Origin: an uncultured Gammaproteobacteria bacterium | Lineage (GTDB): Bacteria; Patescibacteriota; Patescibacteriia; Buchananbacterales; UBA6539 | NCBI GenBank assembly: GCA_964470025.1 | Contig: CAYXZR010000006.1 | Coordinates: 1 to 35,912, forward strand | DNA length: 35,912 nucleotides | Reading direction: 5' to 3' | In this document: piece after piece, positions 1 to 10,105 of the stretch | How positions within the stretch are numbered: position 1 is the first letter of the stretch | How the letters are laid out: the number at the start of each line of letters is the position of its first letter | The notes under the pieces: generated by a model | Databases searched by the model: none | The model's input: the letters and a program-made list of their open reading frames with translations, nothing else | What the model was told of the DNA's origin: nothing | Translations under genes and position numbers: made by a program

Positions 1-81
1 CCGGAGCTCTAGAATCGGCAACATGGATGCAATAAATACTGCCAACTCACCAGGTAGTGCGGTTAAAAAATCAGCACTCAT
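1..81 (-). CDS. 5' end of a membrane-protein CDS truncated by the window edge (MSADFLTALPGELAVFIASMLPILELR...)
   Basis: ATG at 81-79 lies just downstream of the dac stop. The N-terminus is hydrophobic and the frame stays open to position 1. It is absent from the ORF track because it is partial. Confidence 0.4.
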   Translation of the reverse strand, partial: MSADFLTALPGELAVFIASMLPILELR

Positions 82-82
82 A

Positions 83-994
83 CTAACGCCATTCGTAATT
101 ACCAAATACCCAGTCAACAAGTCCTTTCACCTCTTGCCAGCGATCAATCTGACTTGCTGCTCCGAGCAGCACGACTGTGAGCACTTCTCCTGAGTCTCTT
201 TGCACCTGAGTCAGTAAGCAATACCCTGCTTCATTTAGATATCCAGTTTTTGCTCCATTGATAGTGTATGGAGATTGATTAATAAAACTCTTTAGCAGCT
301 GATTTGTACTTTTTCCCTGTACTAGACGCTGAGTATTTGCAGTGGCAAAATCATACTCACTTCGTGTTACAGCATTAACTATATCTTGATTGGCAAATGC
401 TACTGATGCGAGAATTTTTAAGTCAGTTGCTGATGCGATATTAAATTGACTTAGCCCTGTCGGATCAACAAACGCTGCGTTTTCCATACCTAGCTGTGCA
501 GCTCTTTGGTTCATAACCGCAATAAAGTTTTCACCAAGTGTATGTCGAGCCAATGCAGCTGCTGCCTCGTTTGATGAGGCAATAAGCATTAAATTAAAAA
601 TCTCTCTTACTGTGGCTGTTTCTCCTTGTAATAAGTATACAATATTGCCTTCTCTGTAATCTTCTGCGGTAATTTCTACTAACGCGTCCCAGTCGTCAAC
701 ATTTTCACTGACCACAATTGCTGTCATGAGTTTAGTAATACTGGCAATAGGTTGACGGTGATACTGATTCTTACCATACAATAGCTGTCCTGAAGCTTCA
801 TCAAATACTGCTATACTTGTGGCGGTTGTTTCAATTCCAAGACTATTGGTGTTTACTTTAACAGGGATTGTCATTCGATCCTCAACAGGAATGCGCTGAA
901 CTTCGATATTGCGAACTGGAGCTTGGGTAATGAAAGAAAAACCATTGCTCAATAAAGCTGTGCTGATGATTATCCCAGATAAAAATTCAAACAT
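83..994 (-). CDS. D-alanyl-D-alanine carboxypeptidase (serine-type, PBP5/6-like)
   Basis: 303 aa with the SxxK (SITK), SxN (SSN) and KTG motifs in canonical order and an N-terminal hydrophobic anchor. Confidence 0.85.
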   Translation of the reverse strand: MFEFLSGIIISTALLSNGFSFITQAPVRNIEVQRIPVEDRMTIPVKVNTNSLGIETTATSIAVFDEASGQLLYGKNQYHRQPIASITKLMTAIVVSENVDDWDALVEITAEDYREGNIVYLLQGETATVREIFNLMLIASSNEAAAALARHTLGENFIAVMNQRAAQLGMENAAFVDPTGLSQFNIASATDLKILASVAFANQDIVNAVTRSEYDFATANTQRLVQGKSTNQLLKSFINQSPYTINGAKTGYLNEAGYCLLTQVQRDSGEVLTVVLLGAASQIDRWQEVKGLVDWVFGNYEWR

Positions 995-996
995 AC

Positions 997-1542
997 TTAT
1001 TGTTCTTTTTTCTCAAGTACTTTATCGAGTATCTCAGCAGAGTTGAGCACCTGATACTCTGGTAGCTCCGTTTGACTTGTAATACCTAAGTGCTGCAAAA
1101 ACTCTAGTGTGACTGCATACGTAACAGTCATGGTTTTTTTATCTTCGGTTTTTTCTATCAAACCACGCATGAGTAGGTTGCGAATGATAATAGCACAGTT
1201 AACCCCTCGAATCTGCTCAAGCTCAGGACGAGTTATTGGCCCACGATAGGCAATGATAGTAAGCGTTTCTAAGGCTGCCCTGGTTAGCTCTCCTGTGGTT
1301 TCTTGAGATACAAAGCTTTTGATTACTTCAGCACTCTCAGGAGCTGTTGCCATCTGCACCTTATCACCTTGCACTTGCACAATGACGCCTCCTTTTTTTT
1401 CATTATACCTTTTCTGTAACTCTTCAATCGCGTTTTGCACTTCGACTTTTTTTGCACCGGTGAGACTTACGAGTTTTTGCAATGAAAGTGGTTGGTGTGA
1501 AATAAACAGCACACTTTCTATTTTGTTGATTAGTTCATTCAT
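997..1542 (-). CDS. scpB: segregation and condensation protein B
   Basis: 181 aa with a typical ScpB N-terminus (IESVLFIS..PLS...L). It sits directly downstream of scpA. Confidence 0.85.
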   Translation of the reverse strand: MNELINKIESVLFISHQPLSLQKLVSLTGAKKVEVQNAIEELQKRYNEKKGGVIVQVQGDKVQMATAPESAEVIKSFVSQETTGELTRAALETLTIIAYRGPITRPELEQIRGVNCAIIIRNLLMRGLIEKTEDKKTMTVTYAVTLEFLQHLGITSQTELPEYQVLNSAEILDKVLEKKEQ

Positions 1543-1562
1543 ACGATCTATTATAGCAAATC

Positions 1563-2267
1563 TTACTTGAGTGATTCAATTGAAATATCTTCAAAGTTTG
1601 TGTCTTGCCGTACTACCACTATCCGCTGCTTCATTAGCTCGAGTAACGCCAAAAAACTTACAATCACCTCACCTCTATCTTTTGCATTTTTTACAATGTC
1701 AGAAAACTGCCCTTTTGCTTTTTGCGTTATATAAGTGCGGATGTGTTCAATTTTTTCTTGTATGTTAATGGTTTTACGTATTACTTCAGCTTGTGTAGCA
1801 ACTACTGGATCAAGTGACTGCAAGACCTTGGCAAACACCTCACCTAAAACACCACTGGTAACTGATGGCGGTGGAGAAAACTCTACCTCTCTAGTAACTC
1901 GTAATCGCTCTCGAGAAAAGCTAGTTCTATTACTATTATATAGCTCTGTAATATGCTTACTTGCGTCAAGGTATTGTTTATAAATTTTTAGCTGTCTTGC
2001 TAAGTCCTTACCATCCTCCTCATCTTCTTCCCATTCTAAAAATGGCAATAGTGCACGTGACTTGATCAGCATAAGACGAGCAGCAACAACTAAAAAATCA
2101 GCCAAGTCTGTGGCTGTGATAGTGTTTGCAGCTTTTTGAAGCAAGGCGATGTACTGCTCTGTAATCTCTGCTAGTGAAACTTCTGTTATCTCAAGCTTAT
2201 TATCTTCAATTAACTGAAGCAATACATCAAGTGGTCCTTCGAATTGTTCTATCTTAATTTCTCTCAT
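1563..2267 (-). CDS. scpA: segregation and condensation protein A
   Basis: 234 aa with the FEGPLDVLLQLIE kleisin N-terminal signature. It is paired with scpB. Confidence 0.85.
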   Translation of the reverse strand: MREIKIEQFEGPLDVLLQLIEDNKLEITEVSLAEITEQYIALLQKAANTITATDLADFLVVAARLMLIKSRALLPFLEWEEDEEDGKDLARQLKIYKQYLDASKHITELYNSNRTSFSRERLRVTREVEFSPPPSVTSGVLGEVFAKVLQSLDPVVATQAEVIRKTINIQEKIEHIRTYITQKAKGQFSDIVKNAKDRGEVIVSFLALLELMKQRIVVVRQDTNFEDISIESLK

Positions 2268-2724
2268 GCGTTATCTTGTATGAGGTTATAGTTGAAAAGT
2301 CTTTGCTAAAATGAAACTCTGCAAAAACATCTTTACCTTTAAGAAACTGCGGTAACCAGTATTGATCATCGATCCACATCTCAGCTAGTGGCACTCGATC
2401 GATATCGAACCATTGCGGTCGCATCTCCTCTGACTCTGCTGGCTCGCCCTGCCATTGATCTGCGGCATACACATACACATGAAGGTCTGTGGTTTTCGTG
2501 TCGTCAAAATAGAACTTTATCTCCCCTCGTCTTTGCAGTGCTTCTGATGGAATTGTCACACCAATTTCTTCATGTACTTCGCGAATAATACAATCATCCT
2601 GATGCTCACCCGACTCTATCTTACCGCCGATACCATTCCACCTATCTACACCGAATCCACGTTTTTTGTATCCAAGCAACACCTTGTTGTCTTTTACTAA
2701 GAAGCAAAGGGTTGCTATCTGCAT
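2254..2724 (-). CDS. Nudix hydrolase (MutT-like)
   Basis: 156 aa with the Nudix box GGKIESGEHQDDCIIREVHEEIGV (GX5EX7REUXEEXGU). It overlaps scpA by 14 nt. Confidence 0.8.
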   Translation of the reverse strand: MQIATLCFLVKDNKVLLGYKKRGFGVDRWNGIGGKIESGEHQDDCIIREVHEEIGVTIPSEALQRRGEIKFYFDDTKTTDLHVYVYAADQWQGEPAESEEMRPQWFDIDRVPLAEMWIDDQYWLPQFLKGKDVFAEFHFSKDFSTITSYKITHERN

Positions 2725-2725
2725 A

Positions 2726-4507
2726 TTAGTTATCCTCTAGCTCGACGTCATCACCTAGTTTGATATGTACATCTTTTAACTGTTGTTCATCAACTGTATT
2801 TGGTGCGCCCATCATCACATCTTCTGCTGCGCCATTCTTAGGAAATGCTATTACTTCACGGATACTTGGCTCGTTTTCCAGAAGCATCAATAATCTATCG
2901 ATTCCGGGAGCAAATCCTCCATGTGGTGGAGCGCCGTACTCAAATGCTCGAATCATGCCGCGGAATTTATCATCAACCTGCTCTTTGGTATACCCAGCGA
3001 TTTCAAATGCCTTATACATAATATCTGGGCGATGATTTCTGATTGCACCAGAAGACAACTCAAGTCCGTTTGCAATAATATCATACTGGTGTGCCAGAAT
3101 ATCCAGCGGTGCTTCCTTCTCTAGTGCTTCCATGCCACCTTTTGGCATTGAGAATGGGTTGTGAGAAAAAGTAACCTCACCAGTTCTTTCATCTTTTTCA
3201 TACATAGGGAAATCAACAATCCATGCCCATGCTACTACATCTTTGTCTTTTAGATTTAAAATGGTGCCAAGCTTCTCTCGCACTACTCCAAGTACTTTGT
3301 TTACAACTACTCGCTTATCAGCGCCGAAGAAAATAATATCACCCTTCTGCGCACCGGTTGTTTTAATAATGTACTCGATTTCTTCTTGAGATAAAAATTT
3401 CAAAATTGGTGATTTCAATTCTTCTTCAACAATAATGTATGCTAACCCACCTGCACCTGTATCCTGTGCGAGTTGTGTGAGCTCATCAATTTGACTACGA
3501 GTCATACCTGCTGCTTGTGGCGCGACAATTGCCTTGATAGTACTCTGTTCGTCACTCACTGCTTGTGCAAATACCTTAAACTCTGTTTTAGCAAGTCCTT
3601 CGGCAAGCTCAATCATTTCTATACCAAAACGAAGATCCGGACGATCGCTTCCATATTTTTCCATTGCTTCTTTATACGTAATTCGAGGGAAAGGTGTTTG
3701 TTGCACTTTTTTACCTGCAAATTCTTCTGTTAGTTTTACAAATAACGGCTCCATTACAGAAAACACATCTTCTGGTGTTTCTGCAAAAGCGATTTCTAGG
3801 TCGAGCTGGTAAAACTCACCTGGTGATCGATCGGCTCTTGGATCTTCATCACGAAAACATGGAGCAATTTGATAGTATCGAGGCACTCCGCCTACCATTA
3901 GCAGCTGCTTAAACTGCTGTGGGGCTTGTGGTAAGGCATAAAACTTACCTGGATGTAATCGTGACGGCACAATAAAGTCACGTGCACCTTCTGGAGATGA
4001 GCTAGTAAGTATTGGCGTATTGATTTCAATAAAGCCATTACTATGCATGTAGTCATGAATCTCTCTAATCATTTCATAACGACGTCGAAGCATACGCTGC
4101 ATTTTATCACGACGTAGATCTAGGTATCGATAACGTAACCGTAAATCCTCATTTACCTTTTCATCAAACTGCGCGATTTGAAAAGGAAGGACATTGCTCT
4201 GGTTTAACACTTCAAGCTCTTCAACAACAACTTCAACTGTCCCTGTTGGGATATTTGCATTAACTGTTTCTTTACTGCGCTCAACAACAGTGCCAGTTGC
4301 TTTCAGCACATATTCATCTCTTACCTTTTCTGCTACTTCAAATGCCCCAGTTACCTTGGGGTCAATTTGAAGCTGGACAATTCCACTGTGATCTCGAAGA
4401 TCGATAAAAATCAACCCGCCGTGATCACGCCGAGCATTAACCCACCCAGATACAGTTACTTTTTCGCTAATTTTAGATAAAATTTCTGAAGATAACGTTC
4501 GTTTCAT
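2726..4507 (-). CDS. aspS: aspartate--tRNA ligase
   Basis: Class II AspRS motifs ([20 protein letters not shown]) and full length. I prefer the start at MKRTLSS (ATG 4507); the track ORF extends to 4546 with an implausible hydrophobic prefix. Confidence 0.93.
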   Translation of the reverse strand: MKRTLSSEILSKISEKVTVSGWVNARRDHGGLIFIDLRDHSGIVQLQIDPKVTGAFEVAEKVRDEYVLKATGTVVERSKETVNANIPTGTVEVVVEELEVLNQSNVLPFQIAQFDEKVNEDLRLRYRYLDLRRDKMQRMLRRRYEMIREIHDYMHSNGFIEINTPILTSSSPEGARDFIVPSRLHPGKFYALPQAPQQFKQLLMVGGVPRYYQIAPCFRDEDPRADRSPGEFYQLDLEIAFAETPEDVFSVMEPLFVKLTEEFAGKKVQQTPFPRITYKEAMEKYGSDRPDLRFGIEMIELAEGLAKTEFKVFAQAVSDEQSTIKAIVAPQAAGMTRSQIDELTQLAQDTGAGGLAYIIVEEELKSPILKFLSQEEIEYIIKTTGAQKGDIIFFGADKRVVVNKVLGVVREKLGTILNLKDKDVVAWAWIVDFPMYEKDERTGEVTFSHNPFSMPKGGMEALEKEAPLDILAHQYDIIANGLELSSGAIRNHRPDIMYKAFEIAGYTKEQVDDKFRGMIRAFEYGAPPHGGFAPGIDRLLMLLENEPSIREVIAFPKNGAAEDVMMGAPNTVDEQQLKDVHIKLGDDVELEDN

Positions 4508-4579
4508 ACATGCAAGAATTATTAAAATAACAAACACATCATACAATATTATACCTCAAAAAGCAAGCAACTGAGCCAA

Positions 4580-5137
4580 TTATATAATATTTAGCTGCTT
4601 AATAAATCTCTGTGTTTTTAATTCGAAATTAATATGCTGTTCTAAAAACTTCATTAGTTGCACATGTGTTGCTACCATATGATCCTGTGGCTCATACCCA
4701 AGGTGCGTTAAGAGTTTTACAATGTACTTTTTTTCAAACACCCGCCACTCTTTCCGAGTAATACTCTCAGCTGCATCGAGCTGGCTAAAAAAATCAACCA
4801 TCATATCAAAAAGCTCATTATCTGGTTGACTCTGAGTCACAAGTGAGTCAAAAATTTCTAGCATGAAGCTTCCAAGTAGTATTTTGACACTGTTGTTTTT
4901 TATGTTTTTAAAACTATGCTCAACTCTGGCTGCGGTAAGCTGCTTGTTTTTCCCTTGTGCAAAACTTACAGCAACTACTGAAAACTGCTGCATGTGCGGG
5001 TTGAGCTTGCTAATAATTTTTTTTGTTCCCCTCCCTATCAGCGTAAGCTTGCCAAACCGTTTTGTATATACGGTAAAATACTGATCGAACTCATTGCGAA
5101 CAATAGAACGAATAACAAAAGCACTTGAGTGATACAT
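4580..5137 (-). CDS. recO: DNA repair protein RecO (short form)
   Basis: 185 aa. The N-terminal OB-fold region resembles RecO (AFVIRS....D....VYTK.FGK). It is shorter than the usual ~240 aa. Confidence 0.65.
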   Translation of the reverse strand: MYHSSAFVIRSIVRNEFDQYFTVYTKRFGKLTLIGRGTKKIISKLNPHMQQFSVVAVSFAQGKNKQLTAARVEHSFKNIKNNSVKILLGSFMLEIFDSLVTQSQPDNELFDMMVDFFSQLDAAESITRKEWRVFEKKYIVKLLTHLGYEPQDHMVATHVQLMKFLEQHINFELKTQRFIKQLNII

Positions 5138-5139
5138 AC

Positions 5140-5514
5140 CTACTGTCTATCAAGGTAGGTTTGCAAGATAAGCATCGCAGCAATTGGATCATCGTCACTT
5201 TTATCGCCAGATTGTTGTTGTAGTTTTTTTGCTTCTTGAGTTGAAAAACGTTCGTCAATGGTTGCAATAGTAATGTTGAGATGTTCTTTGAGTAATTCAA
5301 CAAATTTTTGTGTTTTCTCGCCTTGTTGATCAGATGGCATACCAACAACAATTACGCTCACCTGCTCTTCGGCGCAAATATCTTGTAGCTTTGTGATTAC
5401 AGACTCTGCTGATGAATTGCTGATTGTACCGATAGGTACAGCAATTGTGTCGTTTGCTGCTGATTTCGCGATACCAAGCTTTTTATCACCATAGTCAATA
5501 CCAAGAATTGCCAT
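5140..5514 (-). CDS. ruvX: Holliday-junction-resolvase-like nuclease YqgF/RuvX
   Basis: 124 aa with the MAILGIDYGDKKLGIA N-terminus typical of YqgF. Confidence 0.85.
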   Translation of the reverse strand: MAILGIDYGDKKLGIAKSAANDTIAVPIGTISNSSAESVITKLQDICAEEQVSVIVVGMPSDQQGEKTQKFVELLKEHLNITIATIDERFSTQEAKKLQQQSGDKSDDDPIAAMLILQTYLDRQ

Positions 5515-5516
5515 AC

Positions 5517-6287
5517 TTACTCCTGAGTAATTATCTCTACTCCTGCTTCAGTGACAACAACTGTGTGCTCAAAATGTGCCGCATTACTTCCATCACTAGT
5601 AACAATAGTCCAGCCATCATCTAATGTTTCTATCTCATGACTACCACGTGTAATCATTGGTTCAATAGCTATAACCATTCCGGCTTTTAGCTCGACATGC
5701 TTGTGTGATGGTGAATAATAGTTTGGAATATGTGGAGGCTCATGCACATCATATCCGACCCCGTGCCCGACAAGACTTCGAATCACTCCATATTTTCCTT
5801 GGCTGTTAACATAGTTTTCTACAGCCTTAGAAATATCAGCCACTGCAGCACCAGCTTTTACCGCTTTAATCCCTGCTTCAAGTGATTTTTGAGTAACATC
5901 AAGCAGTGCTTGATCTTCTTGACTAATAACTCCTACCCCCGTGGTCTTAGCGGTATCAGTATACATACCCTTGTACTCCATACCGACATCCACGGTCAAA
6001 ATATCGCCTTCTTTGAGCACATATTCTGATGCTGGAGTATGTACAACCTCATCATTAACACTAGCGCAAATTGAGCTAGCAAAAGGCTCTTCAGATGGTG
6101 ATGGTTTATAGTTTTTAAAAGATGGTCTGCCACCGGCTTTAGTAATTTCAGCTTCGACAAACTCATCGATCTGCTTAGTAGTCACGCCGGGCTTTGCCAT
6201 GGCAATAGCAGCATTAAGAATACGTCCAATAATCTTTCCACCTTCTTTTAAACTACTAATATCTTGTTGTGATTTAATACTACTCAT
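5517..6287 (-). CDS. map: methionine aminopeptidase type I
   Basis: Metal ligands and fold motifs are present (DILTVDVG, GHGVG, IEP). The ATG at 6287 (MSSIKS) is preferred; the track uses a TTG at 6302. Confidence 0.9.
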   Translation of the reverse strand: MSSIKSQQDISSLKEGGKIIGRILNAAIAMAKPGVTTKQIDEFVEAEITKAGGRPSFKNYKPSPSEEPFASSICASVNDEVVHTPASEYVLKEGDILTVDVGMEYKGMYTDTAKTTGVGVISQEDQALLDVTQKSLEAGIKAVKAGAAVADISKAVENYVNSQGKYGVIRSLVGHGVGYDVHEPPHIPNYYSPSHKHVELKAGMVIAIEPMITRGSHEIETLDDGWTIVTSDGSNAAHFEHTVVVTEAGVEIITQE

Positions 6288-6918
6288 TGCTACTTTGTTC
6301 AATAATTTTTTCTATTTGATTATATACTTCTTCGATTGACTGAGCGCCATCTATCCGATGCAAGATATCGTGCTGTTCATAATATGGAAATACTTTTTCT
6401 GTTTCATTGTGATAAATATCCAATCGCTTTTTAATTGCTTCTGGCTGATCATCATCACGACGGTATAACTCACCGTCACATTTATCACACCTACCTTCTA
6501 CTGCTGGCGGATTAAACTGAGTATGATAACTCAAGCCACACTTACATGCCAAACGCTGAGAAAGTCGACTTACTGCTTGCTCATCAGAAAGCTCAATAAC
6601 TATAGCTAAATCTATTTTTGCTACTGTATCCAGATATTCTGCCTGCTTGGTGTTTCGAGGGTAGCCATCAAGGACAAATCCTCGCTCACAGTCTGGCTGA
6701 TTAATTCTATCAAGTACAATTTTATTTGTTAGCTCATCTGAAACTAGATTACCCTGCTTGATTACTTCTTCAACTTTTTTACCAAGCTCTGTCTGATTTT
6801 TGATATTGTAACGAAAAATATCACCGGTTGAAATATACGGGTATGAACGTCGTCGTGCGATAAGTTCTGCTTGGGTTCCTTTACCTGAGCCCTGGGGGCC
6901 AAAAATAAGAATCTTCAT
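6280..6918 (-). CDS. adk: adenylate kinase (zinc-lid type)
   Basis: P-loop GPQGSGKGT and a lid with CKCG...CDKCDG. Confidence 0.95.
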   Translation of the reverse strand: MKILIFGPQGSGKGTQAELIARRRSYPYISTGDIFRYNIKNQTELGKKVEEVIKQGNLVSDELTNKIVLDRINQPDCERGFVLDGYPRNTKQAEYLDTVAKIDLAIVIELSDEQAVSRLSQRLACKCGLSYHTQFNPPAVEGRCDKCDGELYRRDDDQPEAIKKRLDIYHNETEKVFPYYEQHDILHRIDGAQSIEEVYNQIEKIIEQSSNE

Positions 6919-6932
6919 GCTTGCCTAATTTA

Positions 6933-6953
6933 CAAAACCCGCATGTGCGGGCT
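6933..6953 (-). terminator. hairpin plus T-run between the 73-aa ORF and adk
   Basis: Minus strand reads GCCCGCACATGCGGGTTTTG. Confidence 0.5.
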
Positions 6954-6959
6954 TTATAT

Positions 6960-7181
6960 TTATAATAACTTTAAAAGGTTTTTCTTATCAATCTCACTAA
7001 TTTCCTGATCTTCTCGTAATTCGCGTACAATTCGTCTAATTTCCTCTCGGGTAACGCCACCATTATCTAATTCCTTATAGAATTTTTCTAATACATCATC
7101 GCGCTCAGTGTAATCAATGCTTCTGATTTTTAGAATTTCACGACGAATTTCTTCTCTTGTTGTAAATACATTTGAAGTCAT
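6960..7181 (-). CDS. hypothetical small charged helical protein (73 aa) with internal TREEIRR duplication
   Basis: ORF in the slot between secY and adk, followed by its own terminator. It is not IF-1 or L36 by sequence. Confidence 0.5.
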   Translation of the reverse strand: MTSNVFTTREEIRREILKIRSIDYTERDDVLEKFYKELDNGGVTREEIRRIVRELREDQEISEIDKKNLLKLL

Positions 7182-7223
7182 AGGTTGTAGATCAATACAC
7201 CATTTGGTGTGGGAATAAGTAAG

Positions 7224-8504
7224 CTAGATTCCGTCGTAATCACGCATGGTCAGCTGTGATTCAATCTGTTTTACTGATTCAATAATAACCTGAACGATAA
7301 TCAAAAGACTTGTACCACCAACTGCTAGAGATTGGATACCACTTACGTTTGAAGTGATTAATGGAAGTACTGCGATAACACCTAAGAATAACGCTCCAGC
7401 TAATACGATGCGAGTTGTTACAAAGTTAAGATACTCTGCTGTATGCTGCCCTGGTCGAATACCTGGAATAAATCCACCTTGCTTCTGTAGATTTTCAGCA
7501 ATTTGATCAGGATGGAATACAACTTCTGTGTAGAAATATGTAAATGCGAATACTAATAGGAAGTAAAATACTCCATAGAATACCTGGTTCTGAAACAATG
7601 CGATTGTCCATGTAGCGATTCCTACTAGTGTTTGTGATTCGGCGTTAAGGAAAAACTGAGCAACCATTGGTGGGAATAGTACGATTGAAATTGCAAAGAT
7701 GATTGGAATTACTCCAGCCATGTTCACTCGAAGCGGTAAATGAGTGTTTACTCCTCCATAACTACTCTGGCCACGCATACGACGAGCATATGATACAGGG
7801 ATGTTTCTCTGGCCCTCTGTCATAATCACCACACCCACAATAGTCACAATTGCAACAAGTACAAACATAACTATGTTTAGTATCTGACTTTGATCAAAGA
7901 CTGAAACGACTGTTTGTTGCAGTAGTGTTGGAAACTGAGCAACGATACCCGCAAAAATCAACAATGAAATACCATTACCCACATTTTTTTCAGAGATCAA
8001 CTCACCAAGCCACATTAAAAATACTGTTCCAGCAGTCATGGTTGTCATCACAGCAAACAGTCCCCATGCTGAAAAATCGGGTAATACGTTGACTTGTGAT
8101 TGTCGAAGTAATGTAATCAAGCCATATGCCTGCAAAAATCCAAGTGGGATTGTTAGCATTCTGGTCCACTGATTAATTTTTGCTCTTCCTGACTCACCAT
8201 CTTTTGAAAGCTCTTCAAGTCTCGGTACAACCATTGTAAGTAACTGGAAGATAATTGATGAGGTGATGTATGGTGCTACACCCATTGCAACGATTGAGAA
8301 GTTGTCCATACTTCCACCTGAAAGTAGGTTTACAATACTCAAAAACTGATTACCTGCAAAAAATTCACGTAATGCTATCGTATCAACTCCTGGAATTGGA
8401 ATATGTGCAGCAATTCGAAAAATAACCAACATTGCAATAACAAAAAGAATGCTGTTTCTAATTTCTTTGACTTTCCAGACTTGGGTTAGTTTTTTGAGTG
8501 ACAT
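7224..8504 (-). CDS. secY: preprotein translocase subunit SecY
   Basis: 426 aa, multi-TM, at the conserved position after rplO. Confidence 0.95.
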   Translation of the reverse strand: MSLKKLTQVWKVKEIRNSILFVIAMLVIFRIAAHIPIPGVDTIALREFFAGNQFLSIVNLLSGGSMDNFSIVAMGVAPYITSSIIFQLLTMVVPRLEELSKDGESGRAKINQWTRMLTIPLGFLQAYGLITLLRQSQVNVLPDFSAWGLFAVMTTMTAGTVFLMWLGELISEKNVGNGISLLIFAGIVAQFPTLLQQTVVSVFDQSQILNIVMFVLVAIVTIVGVVIMTEGQRNIPVSYARRMRGQSSYGGVNTHLPLRVNMAGVIPIIFAISIVLFPPMVAQFFLNAESQTLVGIATWTIALFQNQVFYGVFYFLLVFAFTYFYTEVVFHPDQIAENLQKQGGFIPGIRPGQHTAEYLNFVTTRIVLAGALFLGVIAVLPLITSNVSGIQSLAVGGTSLLIIVQVIIESVKQIESQLTMRDYDGI

Positions 8505-8577
8505 GTGAGTAGGAATAGATAATTAGAGCCCTTGTAGTACAGTGTAGCATTTCATGAGCTCAAACGCTACGAGCTGC

Positions 8578-9081
8578 CTACTTCTTTTTCTTCTTTGTTG
8601 CTGACTTGGCTGATTTCTTTGGAGCTTTTGCTTGTGCTCGCTTTGTAGCCTCTGCTTTTCCACCAGCTTTTTCGATTGCCTGCTTAGCGGTTTCTGAGAA
8701 TGAATCAGCAACTACCGTGAGTTTTTTGGTAAGTGTTCCTTGACCAAGAACCTTAACTCCATGAGTTGCAGACTTGATAAGATTTTTTGAGATCAATGAT
8801 CGAGAGTTTACAGTTTGATCATTTTCAAACGCTTTTTCAAGCTGTCCGATATTTACTTCGGCCATCTTCTTGTTTGGTGAAGTAAATCCACCTAGTTTTG
8901 GCTTACCTTTAAGTGATTGGATTAATCCTCGACGTTTTAGTCCGCCTTTTCCACCTGATCGAGCTCGCTGTCCTTTTAGACCACGTCCTGCGTAAGTACC
9001 GGTACCAGATGCATTACCACGACCAACACGCTTTTTGCGCTTGCGTTGTGGTGATTGTAGATTGTGTAATGCAAGTGTCAT
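8578..9081 (-). CDS. rplO: 50S ribosomal protein L15 with Lys/Ala-rich C-terminal tail
   Basis: KRVGRGNASGTGTYAGRG motif and correct operon position. Confidence 0.93.
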   Translation of the reverse strand: MTLALHNLQSPQRKRKKRVGRGNASGTGTYAGRGLKGQRARSGGKGGLKRRGLIQSLKGKPKLGGFTSPNKKMAEVNIGQLEKAFENDQTVNSRSLISKNLIKSATHGVKVLGQGTLTKKLTVVADSFSETAKQAIEKAGGKAEATKRAQAKAPKKSAKSATKKKKK

Positions 9082-9090
9082 ATACGTTGA

Positions 9091-9729
9091 CTATTTTTTT
9101 GATTCTTTAGATTCTTTTTTTACAGTCTTTTTAGCTACTGGTTTCTTGTCAGTCTTCTTTGTCTTCTTTTCTCTGTTAACATCTCCCATCAAAGACTCGA
9201 GTGCCTTTAATGTAGCAAGTACGTTATTCACCTTACTTGGTGAACCCATAATCTTTCCAACTACGTTACTAATTCCAGCAAGCTCAAGCACTGGTCGAAC
9301 TGCACCACCTGAGATAACTCCGCTACCTTTTGGAGCTGGTCGAAGCATTACTCGGGCTGCATGAAACTTACTCTTGACCATATGTGGGATTGTTTCATTG
9401 GTGATTGGTACATTGATCAGATTTTTTTCAGCTTTTTTAGCTGCTTTATTAATTGCAGCTGTTACGTCTGCACCCTTTGCAAGTGCGGCTCCAACGCGGC
9501 CTTTTCTGTCACCAATAACCACACATGCTCGGAAGCTCATTCGCTTTCCTCCAGCCATCACACGAGTAACTCGAGCAAGGTCGATAATTACTTGATCGAA
9601 TTCTGACTCTTGTCGTCGTGGTCGCTGTCCTCCGCGTCCACCTCGACCCTGACGTCCACCTGGGCCAGCTGGTCGTCCTTTTGTGTTTGTCTCTTTATTT
9701 GGTTGTGTGTTCTGAGTTTGTGTTGACAT
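9091..9729 (-). CDS. rpsE: 30S ribosomal protein S5 with N- and C-terminal extensions
   Basis: S5 core (RVTRVMAGGKRMSFRA..VIGD) flanked by a Gly/Arg-rich N-tail and a Lys-rich C-tail. Confidence 0.93.
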   Translation of the reverse strand: MSTQTQNTQPNKETNTKGRPAGPGGRQGRGGRGGQRPRRQESEFDQVIIDLARVTRVMAGGKRMSFRACVVIGDRKGRVGAALAKGADVTAAINKAAKKAEKNLINVPITNETIPHMVKSKFHAARVMLRPAPKGSGVISGGAVRPVLELAGISNVVGKIMGSPSKVNNVLATLKALESLMGDVNREKKTKKTDKKPVAKKTVKKESKESKK

Positions 9730-9732
9730 AGG

Positions 9733-10092
9733 TTAGAAATTTAAGCCGCCTTCACGAGCACCTTCTGCTAGCGCCTTGATACGACCGTGATATGCATAGC
9801 CTGAACGATCGAATACTACTTCTGAAATACCAGCGTCTTTTGCTTTTTTAGCAATTGCAATTCCAACATTTTTTGCAGCATCAACTTTTGAACCTTCTTT
9901 TTTACCTAGTTCTTTGTCAGATGCAGCTGCAAGTGTTTTTCCAACAACATCGTCGATCAACTGAGCTGAGATATGATTCAAACTTCGAAATACCTGCAAC
10001 CGTGGTCGCTTTGCTGTGCCAACTACCTTAGCTCGTACGCGAGCTTTTCGTCGACTGTGTCTTTGTTGTTTTGCAATTTGTTTATTAGTCAT
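9733..10092 (-). CDS. rplR: 50S ribosomal protein L18
   Basis: 119 aa ending [19 protein letters not shown]. Confidence 0.93.
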   Translation of the reverse strand: MTNKQIAKQQRHSRRKARVRAKVVGTAKRPRLQVFRSLNHISAQLIDDVVGKTLAAASDKELGKKEGSKVDAAKNVGIAIAKKAKDAGISEVVFDRSGYAYHGRIKALAEGAREGGLNF

Positions 10093-10105
10093 ATACTTCT
10101 ATTGA

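Noticed and set aside
4508-4546. Longer aspS start ([13 protein letters not shown]...)
   Set aside because: The 13-aa hydrophobic prefix is not part of AspRS. The internal ATG gives the conserved N-terminus and leaves a normal intergenic gap to recO.
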